Positions 52,873 through 64,000 of a stretch of DNA of 64,000 nucleotides are shown piece by piece (the stretch's first letter is position 1; every line of letters starts with the position of its first letter). Source of the stretch: Lama glama (taxonomy: Eukaryota); assembly GCA_028534125.1 (NCBI GenBank), contig CM052817.1, forward strand, positions 13,518,001-13,582,000, in the 5' to 3' direction. The notes under the pieces were generated by a model. It did no database searches. It was not told where the DNA came from and worked only from the letters and a program-made list of their open reading frames with translations. The position numbers and the translations under genes are program-made.

Positions 52873-53365
52873 AGGTTAAGAGTCGGCAAAGAAGGAAAGT
52901 CACATTTGTCTAAAGGTGTTCCACTTTATGGCAGTTTTGCGAACCTAGTAATACTTCTGAAGCTTGGCAGTATCTATATTACACAGCAAATACATGCACG
53001 TGAGGCAGGAACTTTACAAGGTAACGCAGTTTAAAGTGCACAGCCGCTCCGCTAACAATTCAGGCGGTGGGAATCCCGGGTCACCCGAGCCTCAGATCAA
53101 ACAAAAATGCCACATGTTTTGAAGCCCAGGCTCCCGTCACTAACACTGTGCCGTCAGTCTGCCAGATGGGAAGTGCTTCCCAGTTGCACACAAGTTCCCC
53201 GGGTACGGAGGTCCACACGAGCACATCAATCGAGCTGGTCTGGCGGAACATAATATATGGATTCCTTTTGGAAGCAGAGGCCTACGACGCATGCAGACCC
53301 CTACACACAACACAAACAAACAGTTTGGGGGAGGAAAAAATAAAAACCAAACCAAAGGAACTTGC

Positions 53366-53467
53366 TTTGAACAGCAGGAGACGACGTTTTGGCAGCGGAG
53401 CAGGGCAAGAGCTTCATGAGCCGCTCTTTAATGCTGCGCTTGGCGCTGTTCTGCGCGTAGAGGAAAC
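53366..53467 (-). CDS. KCNIP4: KCNIP4 (KChIP4) cassette exon 2, 102 nt
   Basis: Minus strand: tccctgtcttccag|GT TTC CTC TAC ... GTT CAA A|gcaagt. Translates (G)[33 protein letters not shown], matching the recalled KChIP4 long-isoform segment. Symmetric phase 1-1; CTAAC branch point with its A at 53491 (-24). Confidence 0.96.
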
Positions 53468-53620
53468 CTGGAAGACAGGGATCGCTTCCGTTAGCGCCGC
53501 GGCGCGGACGCTCGCGGGCACGCGCGCGGGGCGGCGGGGGCGGCGGGCAGCCGGGCAGGGACGCGGAGGCAGGCGGCCACTCACTCGCCCAGGCGGCCAC
53601 AGGCAGAGGGCTGGGGCCCC
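53380..53620. promoter_or_regulatory. CpG-rich micro-island over exon 2 and its upstream intron
   Basis: Dense CpG/GC tract (gcgccgcggcgcggacgctcgcgggcacgcgcgcggggcggcggggg), unlike the rest of the window. Confidence 0.7.
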
Positions 53621-53626
53621 AGAAGG

Positions 53627-53650
53627 GAAGAAGAAGAAGAAGAAGAAGAA
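53627..53650. repeat. (GAA)8 trinucleotide repeat
   Basis: Direct reading. Confidence 0.95.
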
Positions 53651-56600
53651 AAATCCTTCTTTCCCCTTTGCTTTCCTCATTTTTTAGGTTTTCTTTATGT
53701 TGCATTAATGATCACCCAGTGAAAAAAGAATCACGCAAGCAGATCTCGAGTGGCAATCAATCGATCAATCAATCTTGCTACTTTTTTCGGTCTTGAACTG
53801 AGAACACACCAGATATCACTAAAAGTAAACGGGATTGAATTTTCAATATTTAAACCAGTGTTAAGGGACCACACAGCAATTTTCTGTACTCATTGCTCCC
53901 CATCTTGGATTCCAGGGAGTGAGTCCTCTGCATGAATCATTCACACCACGATCACCTGTTCGTACCTTTGCCTTCCCTGAAAGTGAGAACATAGATGTCC
54001 CTGATATGCAGCTTTATTAGCATAAGCTGACATGCCCAGAGATGGGACAGTCCTTCACATTGTCACATTCGGACATTAATGGATGGGGCTTATTCAAGCA
54101 GAGTGATTTCAAAAGAAACAAAATGTGTTTGCAGAATATTAGTTCAGGAGTAGATGGAGCAGTATCTGGGACCTCAGATGGTTGGGGAGGACTCAAGGAA
54201 AATCAGTAGTGACCCGGTGGGCAAGCCAGCGAGTGCTTGAAAGACTACTGATGTCAAGAGCCACATCTGTCCAGCCCAGCATCAGCTTGCCCACTCTGAG
54301 TGACCAGAAGCCTGCTTTTGCATGTTGAGATATCTCCTCCCCAGATCTGTTCAGCACGTGTTGAATACAAAGAATACAAAGCAATAGCAAAAGGACCAGT
54401 CTAGATCAAGGTTAGACCATGCTTATAATATGGATCTGGCAAATATATCTCATTGCTTTTCTGCTTTATAATTCCCATCTTGGGATTACAGAGTCTTGAT
54501 TGCAAGGCTACTGATCTGTTTCTTTATGGAGCTGTTCATCTTACCATCGGTGTCAGTTGGCTGAAAAACCTGATAGATCTCTTGTGTGGGGGATGACAGC
54601 GAACTAGTAGATACATAAATCACATCAGATCATTTCCCTGCTTAAAAGCCCCCTAAAACCTTCACATTGTTCTTTGAAAAAAAATCCACACCTTTTACAC
54701 TGCAGCCCAGTGCCTGCATGATCTGGCCCTGCCTCACTCTGACAGCGTTTTCCACCACCCTCCCTACTGCCCTAGACGGTCAGCCACTCGACACACACCA
54801 CCCTTCTCACCTTTGTTGGAACTCACACAGCAGGCCCCTCCTCTGTCCCTGCCCTTGACACTTACATGGTGTGAAATGTCTTGCTTACTTGATATGCCAA
54901 GTACTGGCTGAGCCTGGCACAAAGGAAGAGATCAATAAACGTCTGACAAATGCGTGAACAGATTCGCATTTGATAGCAAAAGAAGACACGATTTCATTTC
55001 CTAGATTGGTATCTAAGCAAGCTTTTAAACTTGTAAAATGAATCCAATTTACATAAAACAGGCTCTCTAGTTGGCTTCTTCGTCGTACTACATTTCTAAA
55101 GGGACACGTCCATCTAAGTGTCCTCTCCTTTTTAAACCTGCCTGGGGCGTGACAATTTTGCTTTTGCTTCCCAAGGGGCACGGTCTGCTTCCTCCGTTTG
55201 TGCCCTTTCAAACCTCCATGCCGTTGTGTGCGAAGTCTGGTGGGTCCTTCACCAATTATCAACCTCTAGTGCCCACGCAGCCTCCCAGACTCCACTCCTT
55301 GACAAATGTTCCCTGCTGTGTTTGCAACCTTCCTGAGGGAAGGGGGCCCCCTTCCTCCCCTGCTGTATCTTCTCATCACACCCTGTTCTTTTGGGTATCA
55401 CCCCCTCTTGCAGGGTGAGACCCTATTCTGACAAGGAGTTGGTTTCACTCGCCATCTGCAGTAGGAGACAGAAGGGTGTTACCTCTTACTCAGCTACTTT
55501 GTTTCAGATTTGTTTTCTTGATATCTAGCCAAACTCTAAAACCATCCCTGAAACTGGTGCGTGGCAGACACTCAAGAAATATTTGCTGGTTGATTGATTC
55601 CTCCTTGTCCCTTAAATTCTGGCATCTGCCAAGCTCACTCTCTCTATGACAGCTTCCTGGACCCTCCGGGCAGGGGGTAGAGGAGGGGTCTTCCTGCTTC
55701 CCTAGTACCTACAGGTATTAATCCTACACTCCCTGCGCCCAGGCCCAATTTGGCAATTAATGATGTTCTTCCTTAATCAATGAAGTATCTTTTGAACTGC
55801 ACTTGACTACAAAGTATACAGGTTGCTATTTTCAATCAGTAGTTAAAAGTCTTAGATTTTCACCCCTGTTTTACTACTTCAAGCTAAGTGACCTTGAGCA
55901 GGCTATTAAACTTCTCAGGGTCTCTGTCTTTTCTTTGTCAAACAAAAGGGTTTATACTAAAATATCTTGGCTGTCAAAACACAGTTTTAAAGTCCCTTTT
56001 AGGAGTATATTTAAATGTAAAGTGTATATGTTTTTATCATGTTTTATCCTCAATGAGAGCTTTAGCTTCCCAAGGGCAGGATGTAGACACCATACAATCC
56101 TGTTTCTCTGTTTCTCTCCCTCCCACTCCCCCACCCCCCACCCCCAGTATCGTAACATCCTGTTCTTTTCCCGAGTGTATAGTGTTTGAGTGTTCAGGCG
56201 TAGGAATAAAACAGCCTGGAGAGACCCCAGCGCCACATAATCTTGGGTAAGTTTACTTAATCTTTCTGAATCTCAGTTTCCTCATCAATAAAATGGATTA
56301 GTAATGGTATCTCCTTAATAACGTTGTTACAGTCTAATATTATACAAAGCATTTAGCACACTGACTGTTCGTAATGTACTCTCAAGAAACATTAGATACC
56401 AATTTTTTTCAGTCCTTTGAGTTTACCCTCAGGCCCTTTCCACATGCCATCATCTTTATCTGAAATTTTGTTTCACCTCACTGTGGCCTAGTTAATTTCT
56501 GTTCTGTCGTCCTTGAGATTGGAGTTCAACCATCACTCTGAGGAAGACGTTCCGCGGCAGAGCAAACGCGATATGAACAGCGTTAGTACATGTTCCTGGT

Positions 56601-56765
56601 TTCCTGTATTTCTCCTCACAGCGTTATCACAAGGAATTAGAACTGATGATACAGGTATGTATTTGATGTGTCTTCCCTGCCACAGTGGAAGACTGAAGAT
56701 GTCTACGTCCAGCCTTTAGGGAATAAATGCTAACGGGAGTAGCAACCATGTAACGGGACAAGCTG

Positions 56766-57064
56766 CAGGCAGACCTGAGACACTGCAGGTTCCGTTCCAG
56801 ACCACTGCAATGAAGCAGCTATTGCAATAACATGAGTCACGTGAATGTCTGGTTTCCCAGTGCATATAAAAGTTACGTCTCATCCATACTATAGTCTATG
56901 AAGTGTGCAATGGCATTATGTCTTAAAAAACAATGTCCAAGCCTTAATTTAAAAATACTTTAGTGCTAAGAAATGCTAACCATCATCGGACAACACAGAA
57001 TTGCCACAAACCTTCAATCTGTTAAAAAAAATGATGATAAATTCAATGAAATGAGGTATGCCTG
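56766..57064 (-). mobile_element. Tigger1-derived non-autonomous element (Tigger1a_Art-like)
   Basis: Terminal inverted repeats caggcagacct / aggtatgcctg; both Tigger1 ends (gttccagaccactgcaat; ttgccacaaaccttcaat) joined over about 300 nt. Confidence 0.82.
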
Positions 57065-57334
57065 TATATGAGGCAACCATTTCTAAGCACCGAACAACGA
57101 GCAGTGTAGAACTATGGCACCGGAGAGAAAAGAAACCCAGGAGGCGAGCGCCACCACTGCCCCGGCTTGCTGTCTGCGGGCAGGTTCTTTCCATTGTTCA
57201 GAAAGGTGGCGCTTACTCGTGCTCATGGAGCTGGGTTAGCAGAGCCTGGAATTCACAGGGGAGGTGCTGGAGAAGAGAGACCTGCTATGTGTGCCAGAAG
57301 GGAGGACCTGTGTGAGAATTAAATGTGGGTCGTC

Positions 57335-57848
57335 GTGATGATTAGTTCTATGTGTGAGCATGACTGGGCTAAGGCATGTCCAGATAGCTGGCAAAACATC
57401 GTCTCTGTGTACGTCTGTGAGGGTCCTTCTGGAAGAGGTGAGGGGTTTAATTGGCAGACTGAGTAAAGAAGATCACATGCATCTGTGCTGGCGGGCATCG
57501 TCCAATAAGCTGAGGGCTAGAGTAGAACCCAAAAGCAGAGGAAGGGTGGATTTGTTCTCTGCCTGGGTCCAGACATCCATCTTCTCCTGCCTTCACACAT
57601 TGCTGCTTCTGGTTCTCAGGTCTTTGGTCCCTGACTGCCACTTACCTCATTGGCTCCCCCAGTTCTCAGGCCTCTGAGTTTGGACTGGAACTATGCCATC
57701 AGCTTTCCTGGGCCTCTAGCCTGCAGACAGTATGTTGTGGGACTTCTCAGCCTCTTAATTGTGTGAGGCAGTCACTCATAATAAGCGCCTTTATGTAAAG
57801 CTCTCTATGTCCTGCTGGTTCTGTTTCTCTGGAGAACGCTGACCAATG
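57335..57848 (+). mobile_element. MLT2 (ERVL) LTR
   Basis: tgactgggctaagg...ccagatagctgg, agactgagtaaagaaga, gtgggacttctcagcctc, ggttctgtttctctggagaac. Confidence 0.88.
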
Positions 57849-58089
57849 TGGTTACTGACCAAGGGCTGGGTGACGTATGCTCGGGCTCAGACTTCATAAT
57901 ACTCAGCAAGCAAAAGCTGCTGCAGGACTGAGAACTAAATGGAGACGTCAGAAGTTGTGCAGTGCTGTGAGATGTCAGAGTTAGGGCCCAGCACCATCCC
58001 CCCTCCAAAAAAAAAAAAAAAAAAGGAAAAGGAAAGAAAGAAATTAACACTGCCGCACTGAGTATCTCTGGCATTCACTAGAGAGCTTA

Positions 58090-59630
58090 GAAGCACTATC
58101 TGTTTTGAGTAAGGATCATTTCCCAGAGTAAGAGCCATACCGTATAACTAAGTACAAAATCAAAATTGATCTACCCTAGCAAATAATAGGATTGAAGTTG
58201 GCAAGACCAGAAGTATTCCATAGTGACTATGGAATGCCTTCCAGAGCAGTACTCAACACCATTTAAAAGAAGACAACATAATCCAAACATCCTACAGCGT
58301 ATTATGACAATGTCCTACATGCTATCAAACGTCAGCAGACATGTAATGGAGCAGAAAAATGTCACCCATAATCAAGAAGTTTTAAAGAGCAGTCAATAGA
58401 AGCAGATCCTAGGATGACATAGATGTTGGGCTTTAAAGAAAAAGATAGTCAAGACAGTCATAATATGTAAACAGATGAAAAAAAAATAGCAATGAAATTA
58501 AAGTTACAAAAAGAACCAAATGAAAATTTTAGACGTGAAAAGTAAAACACCTAAAATGAAAAAAAAAACTTTTTAGATGGGTTTAATGGCAGATTGGGAA
58601 CTACTGAAGAAAGAGTTAAGAGCTTGAATAGAGATGAAAAGAGACAAATCATCCAATGTGAATAATAACAGAGGGGAAAGGATATTAAAAAATTAACAAA
58701 TCCTTAGTGATTTGTGAGACAATATCAAATAGTCTAACGTGAATGTAATTAGAGAATCAAATGAGATGGGAGAGGAAAATGAGAAAAAAAATGGCCAAAA
58801 CATTCCAAATTTGTTCACAAACATCAACAGATATATCCAAGAATCTTACTGAACCATAATCAAGATAAGTACAAGATGCATCACATGTAGGTATGTCATA
58901 GCCTAACTGTTGGAAAAAATTAGAAAAATCCTAAAAAAAAAACTAGAATAAAAGAACATATTATATATAGTGGTAAAAATACGACAATGGCTTTTTCATC
59001 ACAAACAACAGATGACAGAAAACAATGGAACAAGCGCTGGGGGAAATAAGAAGACTTGGAACCCAGAATTCTATCTTCAGCGAAAATAGTTTTTTGAGAA
59101 TAAAGATGAAATAAAGATATTTTCAGAAAAAAGTAAAGCTAAGAGAAATCATAGCTACTAGGCCTGAATTACAAGCAATACTGAAGGAATTTCTTTAGGC
59201 TGAAAGGAAATTATATGATATGGAAACTCAGACCTATAGGTAGAAATAAAGAACACTGGAAATTGAAAATACTTGAATAAATATAAAATATTATCTCAAC
59301 TTCCTCTTATTTCCTTTAATACAAACAAAAAAGTATTGTGGGGTTTATTACATTTGTAGATACAACAATTCTGACAGTAGCAGCATTAAAGCATGGGGGC
59401 CGGTAAATGAAATCTTACTGTTGTTCATTTTACACAGAGTGGTACAATATTAACTCTTAATTTGTCTGAATAAGTGAAGGAGACTGCTAGGAAAACAAAT
59501 GAAAATAATAAGAGGAGATGCAGTCAAAACTCCAGTTAAGGAATTAAAATGTAATATCAAAAACATTTGATTAACTTTATGAAAGAAGTCAGGGACAGAA
59601 AAATAGAGAAATCAAGAGAATATGTAAGAC
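58090..59630 (+). mobile_element. Old L1M ORF1 region, decayed
   Basis: A-rich tract; aagaaccaaatgaaaatttta, gatgggtttaatggcagattgg, aacccagaattctat, aaagatgaaataaagatattttcaga; no intact ORF. Confidence 0.8.
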
Positions 59631-60264
59631 AGAAGACTCGTGCTCAGCTGCATCATGAAACCAGGAACCAAAGCTTTCTTATTCACTATTGGATCTCCAT
59701 TACTTTGCACAGTGCTTAATATATAAAAAGTGTTCAATCAATATATAACAAAAGCGTGACATCAGAGTATATATCATATGATGGCCTCAAAATGTATAGA
59801 TTGGCTAAAGGTCTGTGATTGGTGGCTGCATTTAGAGTCTGCATGGTAGGTGAAGCGGTCCCCACCCCACACTCTGACAGGACAGCTGGGGTGAGGGCAC
59901 TCTGCTAGGGACGATGCTGACTGCATTCCCCCGCCGCTAACACTAAAAGAAAAGTGATGGTGAAGGTAGGTCAACCAGCAAAGTGCCTTCGTACGGAGGG
60001 CATTTCACCCCCATAGAAACCAAATACTCTTTGATAAATTAATTATATCACATAAATGTTTATGTATTCATTTATTTAAAACACATTTATTATAATGCAG
60101 ATTTTTAAAGAAAGGTTTGTTGTTGATACACAGTGGTCATAAAAGAAAAAGTCCCTGCTCTCCAGGGTCTAACCATCTACATTGATGGTAATATCTGTTA
60201 CATTACAAGGCTGATTTGTTAGTTTCTTTTATTAAACCCAAATTCTCTAACGGAAGGACTGCTT

Positions 60265-60590
60265 GGTCATTAATTTGTTTATTCAGAAAACACTTATTGA
60301 ATGCCTTCAGTGTGCTTTGCACCGTCCCAGGTGCTGGGAATAATGCAGTAAATAAACCAGACAAAAATTCCTGCTTTGATACATCTTACACTATCATCAG
60401 GGTGGAAAAAGTAGTAGATAAAAATATATAGCAAAATATAAAATTTGGCAGATAGAAAGCTAGAGACTTCTGTTGGTTAACAGGTAAACAGAGGGGATGG
60501 AGGAAGACCTATAATTTTAAATGTGGTGGCCAGGGAAGGCTTTGCTGGAGATACAGTTGAGCAAAAACACCTAATGAAATGAGAAAGTTT
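60265..60590. mobile_element. L2 3' remnant
   Basis: tttattcagaaaacacttattgaatgcc...ggtgctgggaataatgcagt...gtggccagggaaggcttt. Confidence 0.7.
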
Positions 60591-62159
60591 CTTACCATAT
60601 TTTGATTATTAAATATTAGTACAGTATATGATACCTATTAGGCACTAATATATATTTCCTGAGTGATTAATCTTATTTATTAATTTATTCAAGTAACATT
60701 TATTGACACCTACAATGGATAAGTTCATACCTTAAATTAATTCATTACATATACCACTAATCCAACTACCCATCCAATCCAATAACCTATCACACGTTTA
60801 TTGCCGTAGAAACCAAAACGGAGTCAACTCCCTCAGTCCTGCATCTAGGCATTAACCCCGTCTACTAGGATAAAGGCACTTCAAAAATCACGAAACAAAG
60901 TAGCACAAAAAAGAGAATAAAAGGTAAGTGTGCAAATAAATAGGCCACTTTAAATTGTGATATCACCGAATGGAAACGCCCTCATTTTTAGCAACAGGAA
61001 CGGTTTCATCTTACAAAGCCTGACGTTACTGGGAACAAATCAGCTGACCATCATCTTGGTTGCTCTGTATTTCTGACCTTCCGCGTCTCACATGGTGTCT
61101 ATGTGAGTGGTCATTTTTCACAGACTGCTTTTCAAGTTACACAAAAAATGCTATTATGTGTAAATGTCAAGCTTCAGGGGTGAGTGATGGGCCATGAATT
61201 ATGAATTCAACAAGTAATGATGGTGGTAACAGAAGTGGTAATGTCACCATAATGAGGATACGCCTGTCTTCCTCCTTTTTCTAGTACAGCTGATCGCGAA
61301 AATGAGCATTTCCCGTGGCTTTGCATAGGGATGAAGGCTCCTGCTCCGTAATTCACAGCCCTGTTCAAGCTTCCATCTTGTGCTTTTGAATTATGGACGA
61401 TGTTTTTCTTCCTAGATCCTAAGCCCACGGAGGTGTCTGGTGGAGGAAGATGGCTAATAATGTTTCCACAGACACGGTGTCTTCCGTGAATCAATGACCA
61501 TGACAAAACCGCCAGGCATTTCAGTGGCACTGTGACCCCGCCTGCATCTTCTTTGAACCGGTGACAAGCTGATTCATGAGCAGTGACCCAGCGCTGAGAC
61601 AAGTAGAGCTTTCTTCACGAGCTGCCAATGTGAACTTAACACCGGCATGCCTAGTCTTCAAATGGACTTGGGGCTCACAGACACACACACACACACATGC
61701 GTAGAGTTGATGTTGCCTTTTCAGATTTATTTCTGAAGAAACAGGGCCCCAGATTATTTGGAGTTTGTACTCCGGTGATGATTCTTGATTCTTGCTGAAA
61801 ATTGCTGCCGAAGCACACCAGCTGACAGTGGATGCTGCAGTCAGCCCCCAGCTGAAACCGTCCACATTTAAGAAGGTTAGGATCAGGGCTCAGGACTGAA
61901 AATCAGGGGGAAATACCTACTTTTCATTTTGTAACTATGAATGTTAGAGGCATCACTCTGACCTTTCTAACTGACCTGTTTTGTTTTGTTTTTTTTTTTT
62001 GCCCGATTGTGAAACCAGTTACCTTCCTCCTCTAATCCAGAAGGAGACAGAAAGTGCTTGAATCTGCTGGAACTAATCTACAGAACAGAAATGCAAATAG
62101 AGTAAATTTGACTCCCCTGAGAGCTGCTACTTGAAGATGCTTTTTTCTCTTAAAACGCA

Positions 62160-62455
62160 TGCTGGTCTGTCCGTCAGCCTCTCCGTCTGTATCCCGAGTT
62201 TCTCTCAGCCTGTCTGTCTTCTCCAGCTTTCTCTCTCATTTTCTGCAGTCTTTCTCACTTCCTTAGCTCTGTCTCCCTCTCTCTGTTTTTCTCTGGCTCC
62301 ATGTCTCTCTGTCTTTGTCCTTCTAGGTAACTACTCGCATTCCTCCTTTCTCCGTCTTTCTCTGCTCTGTCCCTGTCCGCCTCGCTGCCTGTGACTCAGT
62401 CTCTCTCTCAAACAAGGCCTGTCTCTGTCTCCCCGATTTGGTCTTCTTTACCTTT
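62160..62455. repeat. CT-rich low-complexity tract
   Basis: Degenerate (CT)/(CTGT) repeats. Confidence 0.8.
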
Positions 62456-62796
62456 GTGTTGCTTGTGTGCCTCGTGAAACACTCAGCTGAGTAGGGGATG
62501 ATCATCGTAAGTTATTGCTAGGCAGATCTCAGTAGACAACTAGATTGTCGAAAGTGCCAGTGCTTGCCAAACCAGTACAAAGTGCTCATTTGTACACATT
62601 TCTGCCCAGTTCTCTGGGCACAACCAGCCAGAGAATGTTAGCAGGAAACATGTTAAAAGCATCCGTTTTCTCTGGGATCCGTTAAGATTCACCCTTGAAG
62701 CCCAGTTTTCCTTTGTCCTCTGCACAGGTGGCCAAAACTGCTTATCTGGTGACATCTTTTGAGTCGGAGTTGGAGCTCATTTGGAGTCCCTGTCAG

Positions 62797-62917
62797 TAGG
62801 ATGACAAGACTCCCTGGTTTGCCCAGGACAGTGCCAGTTTACGAGTTGTCCTAACATCCTATTTGTTAGCGCCCCCTTTTTGTTCGGGTTTAGATGCCAA
62901 ATGACCTGGTCACGCTA
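62797..62917. mobile_element. MER94-like hAT-Blackjack element
   Basis: taggatgac...ccctggtttgcccaggacagt...tagcgccccctt...ggtcacgcta, with inverted termini. Confidence 0.7.
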
Positions 62918-63090
62918 TACTAGCAGCTGGTAAAAGTTCCACACCCGCAGGGTGATGTGCAGTCGTTGACTTCACTGCACTGTCAACAGTGCAATTTGTG
63001 CAACCTCATTTAAAAAGGGTATTTTGAAAAAATAGATATAATTCGTAGGAAAGATGAAGAATGGAGCTAAAATATAAGTATTTGCATATG

Positions 63091-63462
63091 ATGGAGTATT
63101 ATTCAGCTTTAAAAAAAAAAAGAAGGAATTCCTGCCATATGTGACCACGTGGATGAACACTGAGGGCATTAGGCTAAGTGAAATAAGCCAGTCACAGAAG
63201 GACAAATACATGATTCCACCAATAGGAGGCATCCAAAGTCGTCAAATTCATAGAAGCAGAGACTAGAATGCAGGGTGCCAGGGGACGGGGGCAAGGGAAG
63301 TGGAGCGATGTTGTTCAGCTGGTATGAAGCTCCAGTTAGGCTGGATGAGTTAGACTTAGAGACCTTCTCTGCAGCGCAGTGCTTCTAGTTAACTATGCTC
63401 TCTTGCGCACTTAAAAACTTAAGGGGGTAGATGCTCAACTTGTGAGATAACACAACATAAAA
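63091..63462 (+). mobile_element. L1MA/MB 3' remnant
   Basis: atggagtattattcagc, ggatgaacactgagggcatt, aagtgaaataagccagtcacagaaggacaaatac. Confidence 0.85.
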
Positions 63463-63981
63463 ATTAGACCAACGTAAAAGAAATGTAACAGAAAATGCAA
63501 GTAATTTGAGTGACATTTGTAGCCGAAAGACTTGCAGCTTTGGCGTCAGGAAGAACTAGTGTGAGTTCTGCCGCTTTTTGTTCGTGGGATTTTGAAAAGT
63601 GACTTAAACTCACTGAGCCTCTTTGATCTCGCCTGCATCACAGAAATAGCACTGATGCCGGCCTTTGCTGTGTCCTGGGGTGGTCAGGAGGTTCAGATGA
63701 GATGAGGTTACATACACGCAGCTCCTGGCTAAATAACGTTCTCCTCCCCTGCCTAGTGGCTACGAGAGGGAAAAGTATGTTTAAGGCTCAGCACCCAACT
63801 TAAGAAGGAATATTTTAAAAAGGACAGTAGTGCTGCTTTGTTTTTTTTGATATAACAGCAAAGTATCCCCCAAATCTCTATCTTGACTGTTGACTCTTTA
63901 ATAATAATTTTATTATAAATACAAATTAAACCTAAATCCAGTTGCACTATTTCTCGTCTTCAAGCTAACACAAATAACCCA

Positions 63982-64000
63982 TATATATATATATATATAT
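63982..64000. repeat. (AT)n microsatellite running off the window end
   Basis: Direct reading. Confidence 0.9.

Larger units (their letters stand above)
30986..53365 (-). other. KCNIP4: KCNIP4 intron between exons 2 and 3 (22,380 nt, GC-AG type)
   Basis: Joining CAA A|AC AGC gives Q-N-S and reproduces the KChIP4 junction. The donor reads gcaagt. Confidence 0.88.

Noticed and set aside
53356..53361. GT four nucleotides downstream of the GC as an alternative exon 2 donor
   Set aside because: GTTCCT is a poor consensus match and would give a 106-nt frameshifting exon.
53067..53687. 206-aa plus-strand ORF, the longest in the track
   Set aside because: It starts at GTG, is antisense to exon 2 and the GC-rich island, is low-complexity (Arg/Gly, poly-Lys from GAA) and resembles no known protein.
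58090..59630. L1 ORF1 region as a functional or domesticated gene
   Set aside because: The ORF track shows no ORF of 60 aa or more across it; it is heavily decayed.
53468..64000. Alternative KCNIP4 first exons or reported intron-1 non-coding RNAs
   Set aside because: I found no match to the N-terminal peptides I recall (MNVRRVES..., MNLEGLEM..., MSGCRKRC...), and I cannot recognise the ncRNAs from sequence alone.
1..64000. CRISPR array, operon or other prokaryote-like or novel multi-gene system
   Set aside because: No regularly spaced repeat-spacer structure or gene-dense segment; composition and repeats are those of a mammalian intron throughout.

Overview
Mammalian genomic DNA, most likely camelid (two tRNA-derived Vic-1-type SINEs, cetartiodactyl-type L1 3' ends, a Tigger1a_Art-like element). 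The whole window lies inside KCNIP4 (KChIP4, Kv4 channel-interacting protein 4), which is on the minus strand. Only two coding exons are present: the 102-nt cassette exon 2 (53467..53366) and the 125-nt exon 3 (30985..30861), separated by a 22,380-nt intron. The rest is intronic: MIR, L2, L1, MaLR/ERVL/ERV1 LTRs, hAT and Tigger DNA transposons, microsatellites and several repeat-free, motif-rich blocks that may be enhancers. I see no evidence of a wholly new biological system, and no CRISPR, rRNA or real tRNA gene. The most interesting feature is the compact module around exon 2. It combines a GC (not GT) donor, a short polypyrimidine tract, downstream UGCAUG and UG-rich elements, and a CpG micro-island with G4/EGR1/SP1 motifs abutting the acceptor. 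An upstream ATG also reads in frame through that island into exon 2. Repeat family names and the human KCNIP4 comparison come from recalled consensus sequences, not from a search, and repeat boundaries are approximate unless a target-site duplication (TSD) is quoted.
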